A stretch of 64,000 bases of DNA from an uncultured Candidatus Binatia bacterium (lineage in GTDB: Bacteria; Desulfobacterota; Binatia; UBA9968; JAJDTQ01): NCBI GenBank assembly GCA_965213675.1, contig OZ243916.1, positions 32,001-96,000 on the forward strand, in the 5' to 3' direction. The notes beneath the pieces are model-generated. The model worked only from the letters and a program-made list of their open reading frames with translations, was not told where the DNA came from and ran no database searches. Positions 47,324 through 56,216 of this stretch are shown in pieces; positions within the stretch are counted from its first letter, which is position 1, and each line of letters starts with the position of its first letter. Both the position numbers and the translations under genes were made by a program.

Positions 47324-48595
47324 GTGATACAGCCGGGCGGCAAATCCTTACGGAAGATCGCGGTTGTCGGGCGAGGAACCGCAGGGTCCCTGGCGGCCGC
47401 CAGCGTAACGCGCCTGCACCCCGACAGCGACCATGAGCTGCACCACATCTATGACTCGCGCATCCCGGCCATCGGAGTGGGTGAGGGCAGTTGGCCGAGC
47501 CTGGTCCAGGAATTGCACCGGCTGACGAAGCTGCCCCACGAAACCGTCCAGCAACGCTTGAACGGAACTCGAAAATACGGTGTTGCGTTCGAGGGATGGG
47601 GCCGGCGGAATCGAGACTTCACCCACTACTTCACGCCGCAACAGGTGTCCTACGCCTACCACTTGTCCGCCGACTTGATGGCGGATGTGCTGGAAGAAGG
47701 CACACGCGCGCGCCACATCGACGCGAAAGTGCTCGATATCACCAGGGTGGAGGACGGCGCGCAGGTGGAGTTCGAGGGTTTGCCGCCGGAACGTTATGAC
47801 CTGGTCTTCGACGCCCGCGGGTTTCCCAGAGGACTCGATCCCGACCGGCACATCGACATTTCTTTCATCCCAACGAATACAGCCGTGATCCGTCGCTGCC
47901 CGGCCATCATCAAAGGGGGGGATGGGCCGGTTCTGCAACATACCTATACCCGTGCGGTAGCGCGTCCGCACGGTTGGATATTCGTTATTCCGCTTACGGT
48001 GCACACATCATACGGGTACATCTTCAACCGCGATGTAAGCAGCCTTGCCGAAGTCGAAGCGGACTTCAACGCGTTCCTTGAAACCGATGGCGTATCCGAA
48101 TTCGAGCAACGCGCCGTCATTCCGTTTCCCAATTTCGTCCACCGTCAACTGTACGATGGCGCCGTGGCCCGCATCGGCAACGCGGCGGCCTTCATGGAGC
48201 CCCTTGAAGCCACGGCCATCGTGTCCGCCCAGTTGCAGGTCGGGATGGTCCTCCAAATGCGCCTCAACCGTCCACCCGAGAATCTTGAGCGCGACGCGCC
48301 GGTGGTCAATCGTTTCCTCGTCAACAACATGCTCTGCTACGGCCTGTTCGTCGGTTGGCACTATTCCTGTGGCTCGAGGTACGACAGCGAATTCTGGCGC
48401 TACGCTCGTGGCCGCGCCTGGCCACGGCACCGTCAGGCCGCGGACCCCGAGGTGGTGGGTTGCGCCGCGCTCCGCAAATTCGACGAAATGATCGAACTGT
48501 TGAATCAGGTGGTCATCGATAAGGCGGACTGGGATCGGATGTGCGCGGTCCCTCTCACCAGCTATGTACAGATGTCCCAGGGTCTTGGCTGTTAG
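47324..48595 (+). CDS. srpI: flavin-dependent tryptophan halogenase family (peptidyl brominase-like)
   Basis: GRGTAG, IGVGEGS, catalytic-Lys region GTRKYG, GWIFVIP, GNAAAFMEPLEAT; symbol recalled from srp clusters. Confidence 0.88.
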   Translation: MIQPGGKSLRKIAVVGRGTAGSLAAASVTRLHPDSDHELHHIYDSRIPAIGVGEGSWPSLVQELHRLTKLPHETVQQRLNGTRKYGVAFEGWGRRNRDFTHYFTPQQVSYAYHLSADLMADVLEEGTRARHIDAKVLDITRVEDGAQVEFEGLPPERYDLVFDARGFPRGLDPDRHIDISFIPTNTAVIRRCPAIIKGGDGPVLQHTYTRAVARPHGWIFVIPLTVHTSYGYIFNRDVSSLAEVEADFNAFLETDGVSEFEQRAVIPFPNFVHRQLYDGAVARIGNAAAFMEPLEATAIVSAQLQVGMVLQMRLNRPPENLERDAPVVNRFLVNNMLCYGLFVGWHYSCGSRYDSEFWRYARGRAWPRHRQAADPEVVGCAALRKFDEMIELLNQVVIDKADWDRMCAVPLTSYVQMSQGLGC

Positions 48596-48658
48596 ACCCC
48601 GTCCTGGAACATTCCCGGGAGAGGTTCCCGGGCAGCGCGTCTCCGCCGAACCCAGCGG

Positions 48659-50020
48659 CTAGCCGGCAACGCTGGCCTGTTCCTGGCCCCGCCGCTCGAA
48701 GTAGTTCTTGGCGACTTCAGGGAACAGCGTGTAGGAGAGCACATCTTCCTCGCTGGCGGCAAGGTCGCCGATCTCCTTGCGCGCCTCCTCCATGCGGGGC
48801 TTCAGCAGGTCGGCGGGGCGGCAGGTGATGGGATCCTTCTTGCCCAGGACCATGGCCTTCATCTCGTCGCTCACCGTGCCCGGCGGCTCGCCGTAGTGCC
48901 CCATGACGTAGTTGCGCACCTCCATGGTCACCACGCCGTAGCGTTTGCCCATGAGGACGTTCAGCGTGGCTTGGGAACCCACGATCTGGCTGGTGGGGGT
49001 CACCAGCGGCGGGTAGCCCAAGTCCCTGCGCACCGCCTGAACCTCCTCGAGCACCTCGTCCAGGCGGTTCTCGGCGTTCTGCTGCCGTAGTTGGGACACC
49101 AGGTTCGAGAGCATACCGCCGGGAATCTGCGATTCGACGATGTCGGCGTTGACCCGGTTGCTGATGGCGCTCTCGAACTCGCCGTATCTGCCGCGCACCT
49201 CGGTGAAGTACTCGGCGATGCGGCCCAGTTGCTGGAGGTCGAGCCCGGTATCGTAGGGCGTTCCCTTGAGTGCCACCACCACGGCCTCGGTGGCCGGTTG
49301 CGAGGTGCCGTCGGAGAGCGTGGAAATGGCGGTGTCGATGATGTCCACGCCGGCCTCCACGGCCATGATATAGGCCATCTGGGCCATGCCCGTGGTGCAG
49401 TGGGAGTGAAGGTGCACGGGAATGTCGAAGCGGTCCTTCAGTGCCGCGATGAGATCGGCGGCCACGTACGGAGACAGCAGGCCGGCCATGTCCTTCACCG
49501 CCAGCACGTCGGTCCCGGCATCCACCAGCTTTTGGGCAAAGTCCACGAAATATTGCGTGGAGTGCACCGGACTGATGGTGTAGGACACGGCGGCCTCCAG
49601 GGTCTTGCCGGTGCGCTTCACCGCGTCCATGGATGTCTTCATGTTGCGGATGTCGTTCATGGCGTCGAACACGCGGAACACATCGATGCCGTTTTCCGCG
49701 GACTTCTCGATGAAGGATTCGACGGCGTCATCCGGGTAGTTGCGGTATCCGACGATGTTCTGGCCCCGCAACAGCATCTGCAGCCGGGAATGGGGCATGG
49801 CCTTGCGGATCAGCCGGAGGCGTTCCCATGGACACTCGTTCAGGTAGCGCAGGCAGGCGTCGAACGTGGCGCCGCCCCACATCTCCACCGACCAGAAGCC
49901 GACCTTGTCGATGGCCGCGGCGATGGGCAGCATGTCCTCGGTGCGCATACGCGTGGCCAGCAGGGACTGATGCGCGTCCCTGAGCACGGTTTCCATGATC
50001 CCGACTTTCTTCCCTTCCAT
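48659..50020 (-). CDS. pyruvate/oxaloacetate carboxyltransferase subunit (PycB/OadA-like), no biotin carrier domain
   Basis: LRDAHQSLLATR, WGGATFD, KDMAG, HSHCT, PGGMLSN, PPLVTPTSQIVG. Confidence 0.9.
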   Translation of the reverse strand: MEGKKVGIMETVLRDAHQSLLATRMRTEDMLPIAAAIDKVGFWSVEMWGGATFDACLRYLNECPWERLRLIRKAMPHSRLQMLLRGQNIVGYRNYPDDAVESFIEKSAENGIDVFRVFDAMNDIRNMKTSMDAVKRTGKTLEAAVSYTISPVHSTQYFVDFAQKLVDAGTDVLAVKDMAGLLSPYVAADLIAALKDRFDIPVHLHSHCTTGMAQMAYIMAVEAGVDIIDTAISTLSDGTSQPATEAVVVALKGTPYDTGLDLQQLGRIAEYFTEVRGRYGEFESAISNRVNADIVESQIPGGMLSNLVSQLRQQNAENRLDEVLEEVQAVRRDLGYPPLVTPTSQIVGSQATLNVLMGKRYGVVTMEVRNYVMGHYGEPPGTVSDEMKAMVLGKKDPITCRPADLLKPRMEEARKEIGDLAASEEDVLSYTLFPEVAKNYFERRGQEQASVAG

Positions 50021-50093
50021 CAGTTTCTCCTGGTCTTGCGAGGGTCTTGTGAGGGGGTAACAACGTGGCGCTGGCTCACCGAAACGGCGCCCG

Positions 50094-50263
50094 CCAGTGT
50101 CGAGTCCCGTAAATTCCTGCGACAAGAAGCGCAGGAATTTTCTTTGTCGGCAAGGCGTGATCACAAGCAGTGGCGGTTACCACGCCAGGAAGAGCAACAC
50201 AGCCGGCGGCGAAAAAGACCAGCAAATTATCGCAGAAATTTACAGGACACCGCACCACACTAC
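50094..50263. mobile_element. MITE family A, diverged copy 3 in opposite orientation
   Basis: tgtcggcaaggcg...gcagtggcggttaccacgc...ggaagagcaac...ggcgaaaaagacc matches the reverse complement of the 1528-1692 core; degenerate ends. Confidence 0.8.
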
Positions 50264-50318
50264 GGCATCCCGCACACGTTTGCAAATAAAACCGCGCTTG
50301 TGCGCAGGCGGAGATGGT

Positions 50319-51812
50319 TCAGGCCATGATGGACTTGACCGGGGGGTCGGTCGCGGGGAGCATCGGGGGATCGAAGGCTCGATGCAGGTAGACGGAGACC
50401 TGGGTGCCCTTGCCCAGGCGGCTCTCGATCTTCAGCGCTCCATCGTGGGCCTGGGCGATGTGCTTCACGATGGCGAGCCCGAGTCCCGTGCCTCCCAATT
50501 CCCGTGAACGCGCCTTGTCGACCCGGTAGAAGCGTTCCGTGAGTCGAGGGAGGTCCTTGTCCGGGATGCCGCAACCGGTATCGGATACGGTCAGAACGAC
50601 CCTGGGTGGGCCGGCGCCGCTCATGACGGGTTCCATGTCGGCCTCGACCCTTACATCGCCGCGGTCGGGCGTGTACTTGAGGGCGTTGTCGACGAGGTTG
50701 ATGAGCAATTGCTGGAGGCGGTCCTCGTCTCCCAGGACGTTCGGAGTGTCCGTGCCGACGCGGGCGCGCAGCCGGATGTCCTTCTTCCGGGCCTGCTCGC
50801 GGAACAGTTCCAGCACCCGGTCCAGCAGTGGCTGGACGGCCACCGCCTTCATGCGCACGTTCACGTTGCCCATTTCCAGATCGGACAGCGCCAACAGATC
50901 GTCGATCAGACGGCCGAGGCGCTCGGAGTGGCGCGTGACGATGTTGAGAAACTGCCGCGCCATGTGGGGGTCGCTGGGCGGGTTGTGCAGCAGCGTCTCC
51001 GCGTAGCCCTGGATGGCAGTCAGCGGCGTGCGCATTTCGTGGGAGACATTGGCCACGAAATCGGCGCGGATCCGCTCCAGGCGCTTCAACTCGCTGACTT
51101 CGTGGAAGACCAGCACGTAGCCCAGGAGTTCCTGCGGCGCATGCTCCAGACGCGCGGCATTGGCCGCGAACCAGCGGTCGTCACCGAGGGACAACTCCCG
51201 GTAAGCGGCATCGCAGTCGGTGTGCAGCACTTCCTGGATCAGCGCCTGCATTTCGGGATGGCGGGAGATTTCAACCGTCGACATGCCCAGGACGCTGTTG
51301 TCGGACGGCAGCTTGAAGATCCTCTGTGCCGTCTGGTTCACGAGGATGACCTTGCCCCGGGTGTCCAGCACGATGACGCCTTCCATCATGCAACTCAGAA
51401 TGGACTGGAGCCGTTCCCTTTCCGCCGTCATGTCCTCAAGGCGGGCGGTGAATGTTCCAACCAGCTCGTTGAGGCCTTGCTCCAACTTTCCGAGGTCGTC
51501 TTGACGACGGACCGTCAGTCCCTTGCCGGGCGGTGTGGCCACGCCGGTATTACGGCAGAATGCCACCATGTCCGCGACACGGCGGCGTGAGCGCCGCAGC
51601 CACAGGACGGACCCTGCGATGCCAAGGACGAACAGCAGCCAGAACAGCATCGCAAGCCATGAATCGACGGCGGGCGCTGCCGTTCCGCTTGAGGGAATGA
51701 TCGGGAAATGCGAATGGGCGAGGGTGGGAAGCAGGATCGCGAAGCAGGCGAGAAACGCCGAATAGCCGCGCCGCCGCGCGGGAGCCGGATTATTTTCCCA
51801 GAGTTTTTTCAT
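50319..51812 (-). CDS. phoR: phosphate regulon sensor histidine kinase
   Basis: HAMP/PAS, FVANVSHEMRTPLT, NLVDNALKY, ERFYRVDKARSR..GGTGLGL. Confidence 0.9.
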   Translation of the reverse strand: MKKLWENNPAPARRRGYSAFLACFAILLPTLAHSHFPIIPSSGTAAPAVDSWLAMLFWLLFVLGIAGSVLWLRRSRRRVADMVAFCRNTGVATPPGKGLTVRRQDDLGKLEQGLNELVGTFTARLEDMTAERERLQSILSCMMEGVIVLDTRGKVILVNQTAQRIFKLPSDNSVLGMSTVEISRHPEMQALIQEVLHTDCDAAYRELSLGDDRWFAANAARLEHAPQELLGYVLVFHEVSELKRLERIRADFVANVSHEMRTPLTAIQGYAETLLHNPPSDPHMARQFLNIVTRHSERLGRLIDDLLALSDLEMGNVNVRMKAVAVQPLLDRVLELFREQARKKDIRLRARVGTDTPNVLGDEDRLQQLLINLVDNALKYTPDRGDVRVEADMEPVMSGAGPPRVVLTVSDTGCGIPDKDLPRLTERFYRVDKARSRELGGTGLGLAIVKHIAQAHDGALKIESRLGKGTQVSVYLHRAFDPPMLPATDPPVKSIMA

Positions 51813-52503
51813 CCAGTTTGTAGCCGACGCCGCGTATGGTCACGATCCATTCAGGATTGTGGTCGTCGTATTCGAGGGCTTCCCGGATGCGCCGGATATG
51901 CACATCCACCGTGCGCGGATTCACGTAGACGTCGGATTGCCAAACGCCGTCCAGGATCTGATCCCGGCTCAATACCCGATTCCGGTTCTGGATCAGAAAT
52001 CGCAGGACCTCAAACCCTTTGAGCGTGAGATGCTTCACCGGCTTTCCGGCGACACGCACCTCGTACGTCGTGAAGTTTACCTGAAGGGGTCCCTTTTCGT
52101 AAATTTCGGAGACATCCGGCGCCGCCTGCGGCGTGGTGCGCCGGAGCACGGCCTTGACCCGCGCCACCATTTCCCTGGGGCTGAAGGGTTTTGTGATGTA
52201 GTCGTCGGCGCCCAGTTCCAGGCCCACCACGCGGTCGGCCTCGCCGGCCTTGGCCGTGAGCATCAGGATCGGCGTATGGGCGGTCTCGGGGTTTTGCCGG
52301 ATGATCTTGCAGAAATCCAGCCCGGAGAGGCTCGGCAACATCAGGTCCAGGACGATCAGCCGGGGTGTTTCCTGCTGGACGAGATCCAGTGCGTCTTCGC
52401 CGTTCTCCGCCTCGATCACGCGAAAACGCTCCTGAGTCAGATGGTAGGCGATCAGCTTTCGAATGTCCGCTTCGTCGTCTACGACGAGAATCCTGTCCGT
52501 CAT
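51790..52503 (-). CDS. phoB: phosphate regulon response regulator
   Basis: REC (VDDE, LDLMLP, GADDYITKPFS) plus winged helix RTVDVHIRRIR; lies between phoU and phoR. Confidence 0.88.
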   Translation of the reverse strand: MTDRILVVDDEADIRKLIAYHLTQERFRVIEAENGEDALDLVQQETPRLIVLDLMLPSLSGLDFCKIIRQNPETAHTPILMLTAKAGEADRVVGLELGADDYITKPFSPREMVARVKAVLRRTTPQAAPDVSEIYEKGPLQVNFTTYEVRVAGKPVKHLTLKGFEVLRFLIQNRNRVLSRDQILDGVWQSDVYVNPRTVDVHIRRIREALEYDDHNPEWIVTIRGVGYKLDEKTLGK

Positions 52504-52525
52504 GGGACTCCTCGGCGCCCGGTGG

Positions 52526-53212
52526 TCAGATGGTGCGGGGTACTTCTTTCACGTGGCGTATGCTTTTCCCCTTGACCAGAAAGATGACCATTTCCGCGAT
52601 GTTGGTGGCGTGGTCCGCGATCCGCTCCAGGTACTTTGAAACGAAGGTGATCTTCATGGCGCGGTTGATGGTCCTGGGCTCGGTGATCATGTACGAAACC
52701 GTCTCGCGGAAGATCTGTTCGTTCAGGTCGTCGATCTCCTGATCGTCCTGACACACTTTCAACGCCAGCATCGTGTCTTCCTGGACGAAGGCGTTGAGGC
52801 TCTCCGAGATCATTCTTCGGCTGATCTCGGCCATGCGCGGCAGGTCGATGTAGGGTTTGAGGGGGGCCTCCCGGAGCAGTTCCAGGGACCGCTCGGAGAC
52901 GTTCACGGCGATGTCTCCGATCCTCTCCAGGTCGGTGGTGATCTTGAGGGCCGTGGTCACGAAGCGGAGGTCCTTCGCCGCGGGTTGATGCAGCGCGATC
53001 AGGCGTACGCACAGTTCGTCGATTTCAGCGTCCATCTGGTTGACCTCGGCATCCCGCTGGATCACGCCCTCCGCGAGTGATGCCTCGCGGTCCACCAAGG
53101 CTCGGATGGCGCGGGCGATCTGATCCTCCACCAGACCGCCCATCTTGATGATTCTTTCACGCAGGGATTTGAGATCTTCCTCGTATTTTCGATCCGTGTG
53201 CTCCGGGCGCAT
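52526..53212 (-). CDS. phoU: phosphate signalling protein PhoU
   Basis: HQPAAKDLR, DLERIGD, YLERIADHATNIAE. Confidence 0.95.
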   Translation of the reverse strand: MRPEHTDRKYEEDLKSLRERIIKMGGLVEDQIARAIRALVDREASLAEGVIQRDAEVNQMDAEIDELCVRLIALHQPAAKDLRFVTTALKITTDLERIGDIAVNVSERSLELLREAPLKPYIDLPRMAEISRRMISESLNAFVQEDTMLALKVCQDDQEIDDLNEQIFRETVSYMITEPRTINRAMKITFVSKYLERIADHATNIAEMVIFLVKGKSIRHVKEVPRTI

Positions 53213-53445
53213 GGCCAACCTCGTCGATCTGGCATCCACGGAGAACCATGACACTGGATGCCGTCCGTCGAACTAGCTTCGCGAAGTCTCTCCCGAGCCT
53301 GGCGTGTGGCTCAGGACCCACAGGCACAGTATCGGCGGAACCGTGGGCTTGACATCGTTCGTCCTGAGCCAAGCGAAGTCGAAAGACACCAAACCGAATC
53401 CGGCGGACACCCGGTGAATGATGTCATTTCACGCTGGTCATTCGG

Positions 53446-53472
53446 GTTACGGTGAGGTGACGATCCCGTTAA
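53446..53472 (-). promoter_or_regulatory. Pho box (three half-sites)
   Basis: Minus strand TTAAC-N6-GTCAC-N6-GTAAC, exact 11-bp period, upstream of phoU-phoB-phoR. Confidence 0.7.
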
Positions 53473-53503
53473 ATCAATGGAACTCCGAACCGTTCCAGCG
53501 CTC

Positions 53504-55048
53504 TCAACGGTGTCCGCCGGACACGTCGCCATGTGCCGGACCGCTGCCACCGGCCTCGATCCGGAATGCTTCCGGATGCAGTTCCGGATTCGCCTTGATG
53601 ACGACCGGGTGATCGATCTCACGCTCGAGCGCCTCCAGCCCCTCGCTGGCCTGGTCGTAGAGGAAGTTCGCGATGCCCGGGTGGACGTGCACGGTAATGC
53701 GCCCGCCATTGGCGAGTTGGGCGCTCTCGCGCTTGATGTCGCGCAGGATCTCGTAGGCGATGGTGGGCTGGGATCGGACCCGGCCGCGGCCGGCGCATTG
53801 GGGACACGGAACCATCAGCAGGTTGCCGAGGTTCTCCCGGGTGCGCTGTCGGGTCATTTCTACGAGCCCGAGCCTGGAAATGGGCAGCACCCGGGTCCTG
53901 GCCTTGTCCTGCTTCACCGCTTCTTTCAGAGCCTCGTAGACCTTTTTCCGGTTGGCGGCCTGGGCCATGTCGATGAAGTCGATGATGATGATGCCGCCCA
54001 CGTTGCGCAACCGGAGTTGATGAACGACCTCGCGGGTCGCCTCCAGATTGATTTTCAGCACCGTGGCTTCGAGGTCCTTCTTGCCCACGTAGCGGCCGGT
54101 GTTCACGTCCACCGCGGTGAGCGCCTCGGTTTGCTCGATGTTGATGTATCCTCCGGAATTCAGCCAGATCTTGGACTCCAGCGCCTTGCGGATCTTGCGC
54201 TCGATCTCGTAGCGGTCGAGTAGCGGCTCGGGGCCGTCGCACAGCACCACGCGGCTCTTCAGGCGCGGCATGAAGTGCTGCACGAACTCGACCACGCGCC
54301 GGTACTCCCTCGGTTGGTCGAGCACCACCTCCTCGGTGTTGGCGTTGAAGAAGTCGCGGATGGTGCGCGGGACCAGGTCCAGGTCCTGATGGATCTGCTC
54401 CGGCGTCGCTGCAGCGTCCAGCCGTTTGCGGATACGGTCCCAGAGCTTCGTGAGAAACCGGACATCGCTCTGGATGTCCTTCTTGATGCGCCCCTCGCAC
54501 GCCGTGCGGATGATGAATCCCTCGTCTTCCCCCGCCAGTTCCTGGACGATTTCCTTCAGCCGTTTCCGTTCCTTGTCGTCGTCGATCTTGCGGGAGACCG
54601 CGACGTGGTGGGTGCCGGGCATGAAAACCAGGAACCGGCCGGGCAGGGAAATGTGGGTGGTGACGCGGGCCCCTTTCATTCCCAGAGGATCCTTGGCCAC
54701 CTGCACCAGGATCTCCTGGTCCGGGCTCAGTTGCTGCTCGATCCGTTGCGGGCTCGGGTCGGGTGGAGGCTCCAGCAGCGCCTCGTCACCGTTCTCCGAC
54801 AGGCTTGCGGGCAGGTCGGCGGGTGGGGGGCCGACATCGGACGCATGGAGGAACGCGGCCTTCTCAAGGCCAATGTCCACGAACGCGGCCTGCATGCCGG
54901 GCAGGACGCGCCCGACGCGGCCCTTGTAGATGTTGCCGACACAGCCTCGTTCCTGATTACGCTCGATCAGGAACTCCGCCAGGGCATTGTCCTCCATCAC
55001 GGCGATGCGGGTTTCTTCGGGGGTGGTGTTGATGAGAATGCGTCTCAT
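53504..55048 (-). CDS. rng: ribonuclease G (Rne/Rng family)
   Basis: GNIYKGRV..VLPGMQAAFVDIG, DVNTG, GGIIIIDFIDM, CPQC.G.G. Confidence 0.93.
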   Translation of the reverse strand: MRRILINTTPEETRIAVMEDNALAEFLIERNQERGCVGNIYKGRVGRVLPGMQAAFVDIGLEKAAFLHASDVGPPPADLPASLSENGDEALLEPPPDPSPQRIEQQLSPDQEILVQVAKDPLGMKGARVTTHISLPGRFLVFMPGTHHVAVSRKIDDDKERKRLKEIVQELAGEDEGFIIRTACEGRIKKDIQSDVRFLTKLWDRIRKRLDAAATPEQIHQDLDLVPRTIRDFFNANTEEVVLDQPREYRRVVEFVQHFMPRLKSRVVLCDGPEPLLDRYEIERKIRKALESKIWLNSGGYINIEQTEALTAVDVNTGRYVGKKDLEATVLKINLEATREVVHQLRLRNVGGIIIIDFIDMAQAANRKKVYEALKEAVKQDKARTRVLPISRLGLVEMTRQRTRENLGNLLMVPCPQCAGRGRVRSQPTIAYEILRDIKRESAQLANGGRITVHVHPGIANFLYDQASEGLEALEREIDHPVVIKANPELHPEAFRIEAGGSGPAHGDVSGGHR

Positions 55049-55473
55049 GTGCCACGCGAATTCGAGAGTAGGGCGGCTTGCGGACTCCAGGAGCCTGTCG
55101 GGTGTATCGGGAGTCTGCGGCGAGGCAGGGAAAGGGGTTTCCGGGGTCCATTTCCGGGTGGATCTTCGTCGAATAGTACCCAATCAATTGCCAATATTCT
55201 TTTCTCCTCGGATCCTTCGTTTCTCCTCGGTTCCGCCGGAAACGGGCCTATGAAACGGGCCTTTGTCTCTCGCTACGATTCGATAAACCCGGCAGACTCC
55301 TGATCCAGGATAGGCGAGTCGCCGGTGAATGGCAAACCGCGACCGGGCGTGCGTGTGTTTGACAAGGCAGGCCACGGAGGTTAGTTAAGTTCCGGTAGAC
55401 TCAACACGAGAACTCTGTGGACACGGTGACAGGACAGGAAGCGAACAGGGTCGTAGCCTCGGGCCGTTCCGTG

Positions 55474-56079
55474 ATGCACACAAGGGTGCTGATGTTGAAT
55501 CGTTCGTACCTGCCGATTCACGTCACTTCAGTACGACGGGCTTTTTCACTTCTGTATCTCGGCATCGCCAGGGTCGTCAACGAGCAGTACCAGACCTTCG
55601 ACTTCGAACGCTGGAGTGCGCTGAGGGTCCCGTTGGACGGGGATTCGGTGGGCATGGTCGGTCACGCCATCCGCGTTCCCCGGGTCATACTGCTGGTGCG
55701 GTACGACCGTGTGCCCAGGCGGCAGGTGCGTTTCAGCCGCGTCAACATCTATGCGCGCGACAAGTCCACTTGCCAGTACTGCGGGGAAAGGCTTCCGCGC
55801 CACCAACTCAATCTGGATCACGTGATTCCCCGTTCCCGTGGCGGCGCATCCAGGTGGGACAACGTGGTTTGTTCCTGCGTCCCGTGCAACCGGAGAAAGG
55901 GAGGCCGTACGCCCCAGGAAGCACGGATGCAGCTCTTGCAGAAGCCGTGCAAGCCCACATGGACGCCTTTCATTCAGGACGCAGGGGGCGGTGTGCGCCA
56001 TCGCGAATGGCTGCCCTTCCTGCCCGCCATGGAGGCCGCCGGCCGGGGCGCCGTTGTGCCGGAAGATGGCGCGCCCTGA
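55474..56079 (+). CDS. HNH endonuclease (McrA/HNH_5-like)
   Basis: VLMLNRSY.P, RD..CQYCG, DHVIPRSRGG..W.NVV.SC..CN.RKG. Confidence 0.9.
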   Translation: MHTRVLMLNRSYLPIHVTSVRRAFSLLYLGIARVVNEQYQTFDFERWSALRVPLDGDSVGMVGHAIRVPRVILLVRYDRVPRRQVRFSRVNIYARDKSTCQYCGERLPRHQLNLDHVIPRSRGGASRWDNVVCSCVPCNRRKGGRTPQEARMQLLQKPCKPTWTPFIQDAGGGVRHREWLPFLPAMEAAGRGAVVPEDGAP

Positions 56080-56216
56080 ACCCACATGTTGTGGTGACTT
56101 GCCGCAACCATCACTTCATATTGTGAGTCTTCCTTGACACCCGGCCTTGGCGCGTGGAATAAGGAATGATGGAGGGACCGCACCGCCATGCTTGCCGGCG
56201 GCGCGGGATTCATCGC

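Noticed and set aside
29064-48658. att sites or integrase delimiting the RiPP cluster as a mobile island
   Set aside because: No flanking direct repeats, tRNA or integrase visible
53255-53415. 6S RNA or riboswitch
   Set aside because: I could not identify the 6S central bubble or any known aptamer consensus; kept only as an unexplained structure
55200-55262. Short duplications tttctcctcgg x2 and gaaacgggcct x2
   Set aside because: Only two copies each with no consistent spacing; most likely slippage
55474-56079. HNH nuclease as a defence system or homing element
   Set aside because: Solitary common HNH_5-type gene among housekeeping genes, with no methylase, ATPase partner or intron context
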